Assembly: GCA_003021685.1 (NCBI GenBank)
Contig: PXRO01000006.1
Location: forward strand, 6,377-70,376
Direction of reading: 5' to 3'
Source: Halobacteriales archaeon QS_4_62_28
Lineage (GTDB): Archaea; Halobacteriota; Halobacteria; Halobacteriales; Haloarculaceae
Length of the DNA stretch: 64,000 nt
The position numbers were made by a program, and so were the translations under genes. Below the pieces are notes generated by a model. That model did not search any database. It was not told the origin of the DNA and worked only from the letters and a program-made list of their open reading frames with translations. Of this stretch, positions 39,144 to 48,882 are shown in pieces. The first letter of the stretch is position 1, and each line of letters starts with the position of its first letter.

Positions 39144-39308
39144 GGATGTCCCCCCGACCGGTTCACCAGCGTGGCAAGCGACGGGTGTCTGGCATCCCCG
39201 TGTCCGGACCCACGCGCCCGGAAGTCGCTGTGTGCGAGCAGCTAATTGCTGTTTGCCAGCGTGTGTTACGGAACCCTTATTATCCGGCGCGTTCTGACAC
39301 TCGACGTG

Positions 39309-39395
39309 ATGACAGCGCAGGCTGCACCCGGCGTTCGTTCCGTGGGCAGCCGCGCGTCCGTACTTCTTCGCGGCGGTATCGTAGGGGCTCTATAG
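39309..39395 (+). other. Putative ilvB leader peptide (28 aa, V/L/I-rich) with stop-codon hairpin
   Basis: TTATTAT at 39277-39283; MTAQAAPGVRSVGSRASVLLRGGIVGAL*; GGGGCT-CTAT-AGCCCC hairpin over the stop. Confidence 0.6.
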
Positions 39396-39518
39396 CCCCC
39401 ACTACATCTACTTCAACGACCGTCGGACCGGTTTTCCAGTACACAGCAGAGATCACAGCAATGCAACAACACACCACAGCAACACCGTATCGAGCACACG
39501 AGTATCGGGGTGAGACCG

Positions 39519-41279
39519 ATGAGTGAACGCGCGTCGGTCCAGCAGGACGACCAAGCAGAGAGCGAGGCGACCGAAGCCCAGGAACCCGTCACGACGGGTG
39601 CCCAGTCAGTGATCCGTGCATTGGAAAACGCGGGTGCCGAATACGTCTTCGGCGTTCAGGGCGGGGCCATCATGCCCGTCTACGACGCGCTGTACGATTC
39701 TGACATCGGCCACGTGACCATGGCCCACGAGCAGGGGGCCTCCCACGCTGCTGACGCCTACGGCATCGTCTCGGGCGAACCGGGCGTCTGTTTTGCAACC
39801 TCGGGACCGGGGGCGACCAACCTCGTCACCGGCCTCGCAGACGCGAACATGGACTCGGATCCGGTCATCGCCCTGACCGGCCAGGTCCCGACCGACTTCG
39901 TCGGGAACGACGCCTTCCAGGAGACGGACACGGTCGGCGTCACGCAGCCAGTCACCAAGCACAGTTACTTCGCCGACGATGCCGACACCGTCGGCGACGA
40001 AGTCGGTGAGGCCTGGGCACTCGCAAACGAGGGTCGCCAGGGCCCGACGCTGGTCGACCTGCCCAAGGACGTTACCAAGGGAGAGACCGATGTCGAACCG
40101 AGCGGACCAGAGAAACCCGACACCTACGACGTTCCCGAGGAGGCCGACGACGAGAACGTCCAGGAAGCCGCCGACGCACTGGCAGCTGCCGAGAAGCCCG
40201 TGATGCTCGCGGGCGGCGGCGTCATCAAGGCAAACGCCTCGGACGCGCTCCGTGACTTCGCCTTCGAGTACGAGATTCCGGTCATCACGACGATGCCCGG
40301 CATCGGCTGTTTCCCGGAAGATCACGAACTCTCTCTGGAGTGGGCGGGCATGCACGGCACCGGCTACGCCAACATGGCAATTACGAACACCGACTGCATG
40401 CTCGCAATCGGGACCCGCTTCGACGACCGCCTGACCGGCGGCGTCGATACCTTCGCGCCCGACGCAGACATCATCCACGTCGACATCGACCCGGCCGAGA
40501 TCAGCAAGAACGTTCACGCCGACTACCCGCTGATCGGGGACGCGCGAGACACGCTCCGGCAACTGTACGACGCGATGCCGGCCGCACCCGACGCTGACGG
40601 GTGGCGTACACAGGTCCAGAAGTGGAAAGCAGAGTACCCGATGGACTACTCGACGCCCGACGACGAACCGCTCAAGCCCCAGTACGTCGTCGAGCGGTTC
40701 AGTGATGTCACACCCGACGATACGATTGTCTGTACGGGCGTTGGCCAGCACCAGATGTGGGCCTCCCAGTTCTGGGAGTACACCGAACCCCGCACCTGGG
40801 TCTCCAGTCACGGACTGGGGACGATGGGCTATGGCGCACCGGCAGCAATCGGCGCGAAACTCGCTGCACCGGATCAGGAAGTCGTCTGTTTCGACGGCGA
40901 CGGCTCGTTCCTGATGACGGTCCAGGAACTCTCGGTCGCGGTCCGGGAGAACCTCGACATCACCTACGTCATCCTGAACAACGAAGCAGTCGGGATGGTC
41001 CGACAGTGGCAGGACGCCTTCCACGAGGGGCGTCGGATGGCCTCCGAGTATCCCTGGATTCCGGCGTTCGACAAACTCGCCGAGGCCTTTGGCGCTCGCG
41101 GGTTCCGCCTGGAAGACTACGACAACGTCGAGGAGACCATTCAGGCCGCGCGCGAGTACGACGGCCCCTCGGTGATCGACGCGATCATCGACCCCGCGGA
41201 GAACGTCTACCCGATGGTTCCGAGTGGCGGCGACAACGGACTGTTCGCGCTGAGTGAGCAACATCTGGAGCAACTATGA
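39519..41279 (+). CDS. ilvB: Acetolactate synthase large subunit
   Basis: HEQGASHAAD, TSGPGATN, GMHG, RFDDR, GQHQMW, GDGSF TPP motif; SD GGGGTGA. Confidence 0.95.
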   Translation: MSERASVQQDDQAESEATEAQEPVTTGAQSVIRALENAGAEYVFGVQGGAIMPVYDALYDSDIGHVTMAHEQGASHAADAYGIVSGEPGVCFATSGPGATNLVTGLADANMDSDPVIALTGQVPTDFVGNDAFQETDTVGVTQPVTKHSYFADDADTVGDEVGEAWALANEGRQGPTLVDLPKDVTKGETDVEPSGPEKPDTYDVPEEADDENVQEAADALAAAEKPVMLAGGGVIKANASDALRDFAFEYEIPVITTMPGIGCFPEDHELSLEWAGMHGTGYANMAITNTDCMLAIGTRFDDRLTGGVDTFAPDADIIHVDIDPAEISKNVHADYPLIGDARDTLRQLYDAMPAAPDADGWRTQVQKWKAEYPMDYSTPDDEPLKPQYVVERFSDVTPDDTIVCTGVGQHQMWASQFWEYTEPRTWVSSHGLGTMGYGAPAAIGAKLAAPDQEVVCFDGDGSFLMTVQELSVAVRENLDITYVILNNEAVGMVRQWQDAFHEGRRMASEYPWIPAFDKLAEAFGARGFRLEDYDNVEETIQAAREYDGPSVIDAIIDPAENVYPMVPSGGDNGLFALSEQHLEQL

Positions 41280-41875
41280 CCGGAGAAATGCCCGGACCGG
41301 CCCCGGACGAGCGAATGCGACCGGCGGGGCGGCGCAACACCCAGGGTATTCGCATCGATCCAGAAGCGGAGGTCACGCACGAGCCACGACAGGCCGTGCT
41401 CTCCGCGCTGGTGGAACACGAACCGGGCGTCCTCGCGGAAGTGTCCGGGCTGTTCAGTCGCCGCCAGTTCAACATCGAGAGCCTGACTGTCGGTCCGACG
41501 GAGGACGACGACGTGGCCCGCATGACCATCGTCATCGAGGAACCACAGCCCGGTATCGAGCAGGCAAAAAAGCAACTGCAGAAGCTCGTGCCGACGATTT
41601 CGGTGACGGAACTCGCACCGGAAACGACCCGTCGAGAACTCGCGCTGATCAAGGTCAGCGGCGAGAAACCCGACGACGTGAACGCCGTGGCGGAGATGTA
41701 TGGCGGTCAGGCGGTCGACGTGACCGCCGACTCCGTGACCGTCGAGTTGACCGGGAGCCAGCAGAAAATCGACGCCGCAGTCGAAGCGTTCGACCAGTTC
41801 GACGTGCACGAAGTCGTCCGGACTGGAACCGCAGCACTTGAGAGAGGGGGCCACACACTGGAAAACGATGACTGA
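41276..41875 (+). CDS. ilvN: Acetolactate synthase small (ACT) subunit
   Basis: [34 protein letters not shown]. Confidence 0.95.
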   Translation: MTGEMPGPAPDERMRPAGRRNTQGIRIDPEAEVTHEPRQAVLSALVEHEPGVLAEVSGLFSRRQFNIESLTVGPTEDDDVARMTIVIEEPQPGIEQAKKQLQKLVPTISVTELAPETTRRELALIKVSGEKPDDVNAVAEMYGGQAVDVTADSVTVELTGSQQKIDAAVEAFDQFDVHEVVRTGTAALERGGHTLENDD

Positions 41876-42893
41876 CGAATTTACCACGGACGTACACTAC
41901 GACGACGACGTCGACGAATCGTACATCGAGGACAGGACAGTTGCAGTCCTGGGTTACGGCAGCCAGGGCCACGCACAGGCCCAGAACCTCGACGACAGCG
42001 GTGTCGACGTTGTCGTGGGCCTCCGCAACTCCTCCTCCTCGCGGGCCGCCGCCGAGGAAGACGGACTGCGCGTCGCGACGCCGGCAAGCGCGGCCGCGGA
42101 AGCCGACATCATCGTGATGCTGGTTCCGGACACGGTCCAGCCCGCAGTGTACGACGCCATCGAGGACGGTCTGGACGCCGGTGACACGCTCCAGTTCGCC
42201 CACGGCTTCAACATCCACTACGGCCAGATCGAACCGTCCGAGGACGTGGACGTGACGATGGTCGCGCCGAAGTCGCCGGGCCATCTGGTCCGACGAACCT
42301 ACGAGCGCGGCGAGGGAACCCCCGGTCTGATCGCCGTCGAGCAGGACGCAACCGGCGACGCGCGCCAGGAAGCACTGGCCTACGCAAAAGCAGTCGGCTG
42401 TACGCGAGCTGGTGTCATCGAGACGACCTTTCAGGAAGAGGTCGAGACGGATCTGTTCGGCGAGCAGGCCGTGCTGTGTGGCGGCGTCACCGAGATGGTC
42501 AAGGTCGGCTTCGAGACGCTCGTCGATGCGGGTTACTCCCCCGAGATGGCCTACTTCGAGTGCCTGAACGAGCTCAAACTCATCGTCGATCTGATGTACG
42601 AAGGCGGCCACATGGAGATGTGGAACTCCGTCTCCGACACCGCCGAGTACGGTGGGCTGACCCGCGGTGAGGAAGTCATCGACCGCGAGGGCATGGAAAC
42701 GATTCTCGAAGCGGTCCAGAACGGCGAGTTCGCTCGCGAATGGATCGCCGAGAACCAGGCGAATCGACCGGCCTACAAGCAGTATCGAGGGGCCGAACAG
42801 GACCACGAAATCGAGCGAGTCGGCGCTCGCCTGCGCGAACTGTTCGCGTGGGACGAGGCGGCCGACAAACACGAAGCACCAGCAGACGATTGA
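41868..42893 (+). CDS. ilvC: Ketol-acid reductoisomerase
   Basis: [46 protein letters not shown]. Confidence 0.95.
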   Translation: MTDEFTTDVHYDDDVDESYIEDRTVAVLGYGSQGHAQAQNLDDSGVDVVVGLRNSSSSRAAAEEDGLRVATPASAAAEADIIVMLVPDTVQPAVYDAIEDGLDAGDTLQFAHGFNIHYGQIEPSEDVDVTMVAPKSPGHLVRRTYERGEGTPGLIAVEQDATGDARQEALAYAKAVGCTRAGVIETTFQEEVETDLFGEQAVLCGGVTEMVKVGFETLVDAGYSPEMAYFECLNELKLIVDLMYEGGHMEMWNSVSDTAEYGGLTRGEEVIDREGMETILEAVQNGEFAREWIAENQANRPAYKQYRGAEQDHEIERVGARLRELFAWDEAADKHEAPADD

Positions 42894-42894
42894 C

Positions 42895-43134
42895 ATGAGC
42901 AAAATGAGCGACGTGGACCACACACATCCACACACGGACGAACCGTTCGGCGCTGCCTTCCGTCGCGGCCCGGCAGTGGCAGCCGACGGCGGGAAGCGAG
43001 ACGACGGATCACAGGCAGAGAACGACGAACAAACGAACGACGAGACGATGGAAGACGTCGACCACGAGTCCCCGAGTGAAGGCGCTGACCGCGCTTTCGA
43101 GCGGGGCACAGAGGGACGCACGGATTCAGTATGA
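42895..43134 (+). CDS. Small acidic hypothetical protein within the ilv/leu operon (79 aa)
   Basis: Two similar halves M-DVDH..P...F-RG; stop overlaps leuC ATG. Confidence 0.65.
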   Translation: MSKMSDVDHTHPHTDEPFGAAFRRGPAVAADGGKRDDGSQAENDEQTNDETMEDVDHESPSEGADRAFERGTEGRTDSV

Positions 43135-44552
43135 GTTCAGGAACGCTGTACGACAAGGTCTGGGATCGCCACAAGGTGACGACCCTGCCCAACGGGCAGG
43201 ATCAGTTGTTCGTTGGCCTCCACCTCATCCACGAGGTCACGAGTCCCCAGGCCTTCGGGATGCTCAAAGAGCGCGGCCTCGACGTCGCGCGCCCGGACCT
43301 GACCCACGCGACGGTCGACCACATCGTCCCGACGGCCAACCAGGACCGGCCATACGCAGACGACGCGGCCGAGACCATGATGGCCGAACTCGAAGAGAAC
43401 GTCCGTGACGCCGGCATCCAGTTCTCCGACCCGACGACGGGCGACCAGGGAATCGTCCACGTCATCGGGCCGGAGCAGGGAATCACCCAACCCGGCAAAA
43501 CGATCGTCTGTGGTGACAGCCACACCTCGACCCACGGTGCCTTCGGCGCGCTGGCCTTCGGGATCGGGACCAGCCAGATCCGGGACGTGCTGGCGACCCA
43601 GACCATCGCGATGGAAAAGCAGCAGGTCCGGAAAATCGAGGTCGACGGTGAACTCGGCGAGGGCGTCGAGGCGAAAGACATCATCCTCGAAATCATCCGC
43701 CGACTGGGGACCGAGGGCGGCGTCGGCTACGTCTACGAGTACGCCGGCGAGGCCATCGAGGACCTCGGCATGGAAGGACGGATGTCGATCTGTAACATGT
43801 CCATCGAGGGCGGCGCTCGCGCGGGCTACGTCAACCCCGACGAGACCACCTACGAGTGGCTGGCCGAGACCGACTACTTCCGGGACCGTCCCGAGAAATT
43901 CGACGACCTCAAGCCCTACTGGGACTCGATCCGCAGCGACGAGGACGCCGAGTACGACGATATCGTCAGGATCGACGCCAGCGAACTCGACCCGGTCGTG
44001 ACCTGGGGGACCACCCCCGGGCAGGGCATCGGTATCGACGATCCGATTCCAGCGCCCGAAGCACTGGACGAGGACAAGCAAGACACCGCCCGACGTGCTC
44101 AGGAACACATGCGCGTCGAACCCGGCGAGACGATGAACGGCTACGACATCGACGTGGCGTTCCTGGGGTCCTGTACCAACGCGCGACTGCCCGACCTCCG
44201 TCGGGCCGCCCGTATCGTCAAGGGTCGCGAAGTCCACGACGACGTGCGTGCGATGGTCGTTCCCGGTAGCCAGCGCGTCCAGAAGGCCGCCAAAGCGGAA
44301 GGTCTGAAGGACATCTTCGAAGCGGCCGGCTTCGACTGGCGCAACGCTGGCTGTTCGATGTGCCTGGGGATGAACGAAGACCAGCTAGAGGGTGAGGAGG
44401 CGTGTGCCTCCTCCTCGAACCGGAACTTCGTCGGCCGCCAGGGCAGCAAGGACGGCCGCACAGTCCTGATGAACCCGCGGATGGTCGCCGCAGCGGCGAT
44501 CACCGGCGAAGTCTCTGACGTGCGCGAACTGAAGGAGGTGAATCTGGCGTGA
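43131..44552 (+). CDS. leuC: 3-isopropylmalate dehydratase large subunit
   Basis: [38 protein letters not shown]. Confidence 0.97.
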   Translation: MSSGTLYDKVWDRHKVTTLPNGQDQLFVGLHLIHEVTSPQAFGMLKERGLDVARPDLTHATVDHIVPTANQDRPYADDAAETMMAELEENVRDAGIQFSDPTTGDQGIVHVIGPEQGITQPGKTIVCGDSHTSTHGAFGALAFGIGTSQIRDVLATQTIAMEKQQVRKIEVDGELGEGVEAKDIILEIIRRLGTEGGVGYVYEYAGEAIEDLGMEGRMSICNMSIEGGARAGYVNPDETTYEWLAETDYFRDRPEKFDDLKPYWDSIRSDEDAEYDDIVRIDASELDPVVTWGTTPGQGIGIDDPIPAPEALDEDKQDTARRAQEHMRVEPGETMNGYDIDVAFLGSCTNARLPDLRRAARIVKGREVHDDVRAMVVPGSQRVQKAAKAEGLKDIFEAAGFDWRNAGCSMCLGMNEDQLEGEEACASSSNRNFVGRQGSKDGRTVLMNPRMVAAAAITGEVSDVRELKEVNLA

Positions 44553-44643
44553 GCGAGACGCGACGCGTCTCGGAAACGCGAGCGGGCCAGGCCCGCAAGC
44601 AGCACGTGCGATCACGCCGGTGCAATACGTCGGGGGTGGTCGC

Positions 44644-45288
44644 ATGACTGACGCGACAGAAGACATCCCGGAAGTCGACTACGTCTCCGGGACCGGTGTG
44701 CCGATCCGGGGCAACGACATCGACACCGACCAGATCATCCCGGCGCGGTTCATGAAGGTCGTTACCTTCGACGGCCTGGGTGAGTTCGCCTTCTTCGACC
44801 TGCGCTTCGATGACGACGACAACCAGAAGGACCACCCCTTCAACGAAGAGCGATTTCAGGACGCGAACGTCGTGGTGGTCAACAACAACTTCGGCTGTGG
44901 CTCGTCGCGCGAGCACGCTCCCCAGGCGCTCATGCGCTGGGGCATCGACGCCATCATCGGCGAGGGCTTCGCCGAGATTTTCGCCGGCAACTGCCTGGCA
45001 CTCGGCATCCCGACTGTCACCGCCGACCACGAGACGATCAACGCGCTCCAGCAGTGGGTCGACGACAACCCGAACGAGGAAATCGAGGTCGATGTCGAGA
45101 CCGAGACGGTCAGCTACGGCGGCAACGAGATCGGTGTCAGCGTCGACAACGCACAGCGCCAGGCCCTCGTCGAAGGTATCTGGGACACGACGGCACTGAT
45201 GAAGTCGAACAGGAACGCGATTGCCGAGACGGCCGCGTCGGTGCCGTACGTGGAGCAGACCCGTGCGGAGTTCGAGACGGACGACTGA
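44644..45288 (+). CDS. leuD: 3-isopropylmalate dehydratase small subunit
   Basis: DIDTDQIIPARF, NFGCGSSREHAP, FAEIF-GN. Confidence 0.95.
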   Translation: MTDATEDIPEVDYVSGTGVPIRGNDIDTDQIIPARFMKVVTFDGLGEFAFFDLRFDDDDNQKDHPFNEERFQDANVVVVNNNFGCGSSREHAPQALMRWGIDAIIGEGFAEIFAGNCLALGIPTVTADHETINALQQWVDDNPNEEIEVDVETETVSYGGNEIGVSVDNAQRQALVEGIWDTTALMKSNRNAIAETAASVPYVEQTRAEFETDD

Positions 45289-45427
45289 GCCAGTGAGAGC
45301 GTCGGCTCGAACCCTTCGTCGGCCGTCTCGCTGAGGCGGACGACTGAGCCAGTGAGAGCGTCGGCCCGAACCCTTCGTCGGCCGTCTCGCTGAGGCGGAC
45401 GACTGAGCCAGTGGGGATGTCGGCCCG
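45278..45427. repeat. 59-bp tandem repeat, ~2.5 copies, each with internal dyad symmetry
   Basis: Units start at 45278, 45337, 45396: CGGACGACTGAGCCAGTGAGAGCGTCGGC(T/C)CGAACCCTTCGTCGGCCGTCTCGCTGAGG. Confidence 0.9.
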
Positions 45428-45609
45428 CTCTCGTACGTCTCTGATCTGGCAAAACAGACCAGTAAGCTAACGCGACTCGCAGACCCTATCCGTAATTCTC
45501 ACATTTGATAACGGAGACGGTGAGGTGATCGCGTACGGCGGATCGATGCCTTCGTCGGATGCATCAGTAACTGCTGTGTAACAAATGGCAAGCAGGTGCC
45601 GAACACCGT

Positions 45610-46251
45610 ATGGCAACTCTGGATCACAGCAGACAAACGTCGCTGACAGCACTCGTCACGACCACCCGTGTCCTGCTGATACTGCTGTTTACGCTCGTCG
45701 AGGTGGTCGCACTGGTAATCTGGATTGACATTCTCCAGGGGGAACCACTCGTGTCCGGGGCGGCGTTCGTCGGATTCGGTATTCTGAGCCTCGGACTGGC
45801 AATCGGGCATCTGCTGGCTGATTTCACGATCAACGGGCTCGATCTTTCGGCCCCAGCCTGGACTATTATCGGATTTAGTATCTCCGAAGCGGCAATCTGG
45901 GGTATCTGGCTGGCTATCGCCAGCGGCGCAACGACCGTTCACGGATTCGTGTTGGCGACGGTGGTTCTCGCTCTCCTGTTGATCCCCCAGCATACGATGG
46001 AGGACAGCGCGTTTCGAGGTGATCCGCCGTTCCGTTCGCTGCTTGATCCTGGCACTGCCGGATTCAGCGTGATCAAAGCCGCTGGTGCGACAGTCTGGAT
46101 GATGCTCGTACTCTCGCCCCGGATTGTCGCTGATCTGCTCGCATCAGTCGGACTCGGGTCTCTCGATCCAGCCGTCGTCGGGTTTGGCGTTCTCGCGCTG
46201 GCACTGTTTACTGGGCACAACATCGAGATTAGCTACGCACTGACCAGATGA
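45610..46251 (+). CDS. Hypothetical 6-TM membrane protein, paralog 1
   Basis: 213 aa, hydrophobic, colinear with next ORF. Confidence 0.75.
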   Translation: MATLDHSRQTSLTALVTTTRVLLILLFTLVEVVALVIWIDILQGEPLVSGAAFVGFGILSLGLAIGHLLADFTINGLDLSAPAWTIIGFSISEAAIWGIWLAIASGATTVHGFVLATVVLALLLIPQHTMEDSAFRGDPPFRSLLDPGTAGFSVIKAAGATVWMMLVLSPRIVADLLASVGLGSLDPAVVGFGVLALALFTGHNIEISYALTR

Positions 46252-46327
46252 GACCATGAGAGTGTCCGGATAGCATCCCCCCGGTAGGCTCTTGATAACT
46301 AATTGATGTAATCCTCTCAGGTGAGCT

Positions 46328-46969
46328 ATGGCAACCTTCGAGCGCGGTGAGCGCAGCGCACTGTCCGGGATCATCACGACCGGACGCGTCCTGTTGATTC
46401 TGGTGTTTACCGGCATCGAGGCGGCCACACTGGCTATCTGGCTCGCTTTCGTCGAGTCGGCCCCGGCTCTGTCATTGATGGCACTTGTCGGTCTCGCAAT
46501 CCTGGGCGTCGGACTCGTGGTCGAACACGTCCTGACGGATATCGCCGTCAACGGGTTCGATCTCTCGCTACCGATCCTTCCGGTCATCGGGATCAGCGTC
46601 TCGGAGGCGATCCTGTGGGGCATCTGGCTCGTGATCGCAGAGCAAATCGGTGGCCTCGATGGCTTCGCCGTTGCGGCCGTGTTCCTCGCTGTGACGCTCG
46701 TTCCCCAGCACACTATCGAGGACAACATTCTCCGGGGTGGTGACCCGTTCGCCAGACTGTTCGACCTCGGGACCATCGGATTCAGCGTGATTGAATCGGC
46801 CGGCGCGACTGTCTGGCTCCTGTTCGTGCTCCGCCCGGAACTGGTCGCTGACCCCCTTACGCGGGCTGGACTCGGTGGCGTCGACCCTGCTGCCGTCGGA
46901 CTCGGTGTGCTCGCTCTCGCCCTGCTACTCGAACACAACATCGGCGTCGCCTACTCGCGCCGTCGATAA
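46328..46969 (+). CDS. Hypothetical 6-TM membrane protein, paralog 2
   Basis: 213 aa, SD AGGTGA, colinear with previous ORF. Confidence 0.8.
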   Translation: MATFERGERSALSGIITTGRVLLILVFTGIEAATLAIWLAFVESAPALSLMALVGLAILGVGLVVEHVLTDIAVNGFDLSLPILPVIGISVSEAILWGIWLVIAEQIGGLDGFAVAAVFLAVTLVPQHTIEDNILRGGDPFARLFDLGTIGFSVIESAGATVWLLFVLRPELVADPLTRAGLGGVDPAAVGLGVLALALLLEHNIGVAYSRRR

Positions 46970-47022
46970 GCTAGCGACACGCTATCGACACCCTCTTTTC
47001 GTCCGGCAGACGACGTATCGTC

Positions 47023-48003
47023 ATGACTCACGAGATTGCCGTGATTCCGGGCGACGGGATCGGACAGGAGGTCACACCTGCCGCCGTCGAAGTGCTGGGA
47101 GCGCTTGGCATCGACTTCCAGTTCGTCGAGGGCGAGGCCGGTGACGCCGTCGAGGATGCGACTGGTGCGGCGCTCCCACGGGAGACGCGAGCGATTGCGG
47201 CCGACGCCGACGCGACGCTGTTCGGTGCGGCCGGCGAGACTGCGGCCGACGTCATCCTCCCGCTCCGCCGGGTCGTCGGTTCCTTCGCCAACGTCCGTCC
47301 GGCGGTGTCCTACCCCGGTCTGGACGCCGTCCAGCCAGGGACGGATCTCGTGTTCATTCGGGAGAACACCGAAGGCGTCTACAAGGGCATCGAGTCCGAG
47401 GTCGCCGACGGCGTCCGGACCTGCACCCGCGTCATCACCGAGTCGGCATCTGGGAAAATCGCCGAATACGGGTTCGAGTACGCGAGGCAAAACGGCTACG
47501 ACGACGTTACAATCGCCCACAAAGCAAACGTCATGCGCCAGACCGACGGCCTGTTTCTCGATACGGCAGAGCGCGTCGGCGAGGACCGCGGTATCGAGTA
47601 CGAGACGGCGCTGATGGACGCACTGGCGATGCATCTCGTCATGCACCCGGAGGACTACGGCGTCGTCATCTGTCCGAACCTCGCGGGTGACATGCTCTCG
47701 GATCTGGCGGCCGGTCTCGTCGGCGGCCTCGGTCTGTTGCCGAGCGCCAACGTCGGCGAGGACAACGCGCTGTTCGAACCGGTCCACGGGTCCGCACCCG
47801 ACATCGCGGGCGACGGGGTCGCGAACCCCGCCGCGATGATCCTCTCGGCGGCGATGCTGCTGGATCATCTCGGCTACGACGAGGACGCCGACCGCGTCCG
47901 AACGGCCGTCGAATCCACGCTCGAAGACGGCCCGAAGACACCGGACCTCGGTGGGGCGGCAACGACCGAGGAAGTGACGGCCGCCGTTATCGAGGGCCTG
48001 TAA
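47023..48003 (+). CDS. leuB: 3-isopropylmalate dehydrogenase
   Basis: [51 protein letters not shown]. Confidence 0.9.
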   Translation: MTHEIAVIPGDGIGQEVTPAAVEVLGALGIDFQFVEGEAGDAVEDATGAALPRETRAIAADADATLFGAAGETAADVILPLRRVVGSFANVRPAVSYPGLDAVQPGTDLVFIRENTEGVYKGIESEVADGVRTCTRVITESASGKIAEYGFEYARQNGYDDVTIAHKANVMRQTDGLFLDTAERVGEDRGIEYETALMDALAMHLVMHPEDYGVVICPNLAGDMLSDLAAGLVGGLGLLPSANVGEDNALFEPVHGSAPDIAGDGVANPAAMILSAAMLLDHLGYDEDADRVRTAVESTLEDGPKTPDLGGAATTEEVTAAVIEGL

Positions 48004-48114
48004 ACCGAATCGACAGGCAGATAGCGAGCACTCGTCCCCTGCCGTACGTCATTTTCGAGCAAAAACGAGCAGCAACGATAGAAAGTAGTAAGTTGGCTGA
48101 CGGCGAATCGCTGA

Positions 48115-48882
48115 ATGATGCTTCCAGCCGAGCGAAAGCAGCGGATCGTCGAACTCGTCACCCAGCGTGACGGCTGTTCTGTCGCTGAACTCGCGGCGGA
48201 ACTGAACTTCTCGAAGGCAACGATCCGCAGAGACCTGCAGGAACTCGAAGACGAGGGGCGAATCGAGCGCTCCCACGGCGGTGCGGTGCCGGCCTCCTCG
48301 GTTGGACAGGAACGATCGTACGGACAGCGCGAAGTCGACCGGTTCGACGTCAAGGAGGCAATCGGTCGACGGGCGATCCAGCTCCGGGAGGACGCACAGG
48401 TCGTCTCCTTCGACGCCGGGACGACGACGATGGCCGTCGCTCGCGCAGTCCCGGAGGGAGCCTCGTTCGAGGCCGTCACCAACATGCCGGGCCTCGCGAC
48501 GGTCCTGCTCGAACGCGGCGTCGACGTGACCGTCACTGGCGGCTCACTCCGGCCCCGGACCAGGGCGCTGGTCGGTCCCACGGCCGAGTCGTTCCTCGAT
48601 GACCACCACGTCGATTTGCTCTACATCGGTACCAACGGCATCGACGCCGAGGCCGGACTGACGACGCCGAACGAGGCGGAAGCGGCGGTCAAATCCCGGC
48701 TGGTCGACCACGCAACGCACGTCGTTCTGGTCGCCGACAGTTCGAAGTTCGACGGACAGTCCTTTGTCACCTTCGCCGGTCTCACCGAGATCGATACACT
48801 CGTGACCGACACCGAACCAACCGGCAGGCTCGCTACCCCGCTCGACGACGCCGGCGTCACAATCCTGCTAGCCAATTCATGA
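48115..48882 (+). CDS. glpR: DeoR/GlpR-type transcriptional regulator
   Basis: S-ATIRRDL, RSHGGA, DAGTTT, DSSKF; upstream of pfkB. Confidence 0.88.
   Translation: MMLPAERKQRIVELVTQRDGCSVAELAAELNFSKATIRRDLQELEDEGRIERSHGGAVPASSVGQERSYGQREVDRFDVKEAIGRRAIQLREDAQVVSFDAGTTTMAVARAVPEGASFEAVTNMPGLATVLLERGVDVTVTGGSLRPRTRALVGPTAESFLDDHHVDLLYIGTNGIDAEAGLTTPNEAEAAVKSRLVDHATHVVLVADSSKFDGQSFVTFAGLTEIDTLVTDTEPTGRLATPLDDAGVTILLANS

Noticed and set aside
39146-39526. 126-aa ORF between leuA and ilvB
   Set aside because: Spans the putative ilvB promoter with atypical composition; only its last 21 codons were kept as a tentative uORF.
39606-41273. Long antisense ORFs (this 555-aa one, also 49912-51528, 41655-43121, 12421-13605, 6281-7282)
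   Set aside because: Opposite-strand shadows of well-supported genes, expected from high GC and GAC/GAG/GTC codon bias.
45278-45427. Possible mini CRISPR array
   Set aside because: Intervening sequences are identical rather than unique spacers, and no cas genes are in the window; it is a tandem repeat.
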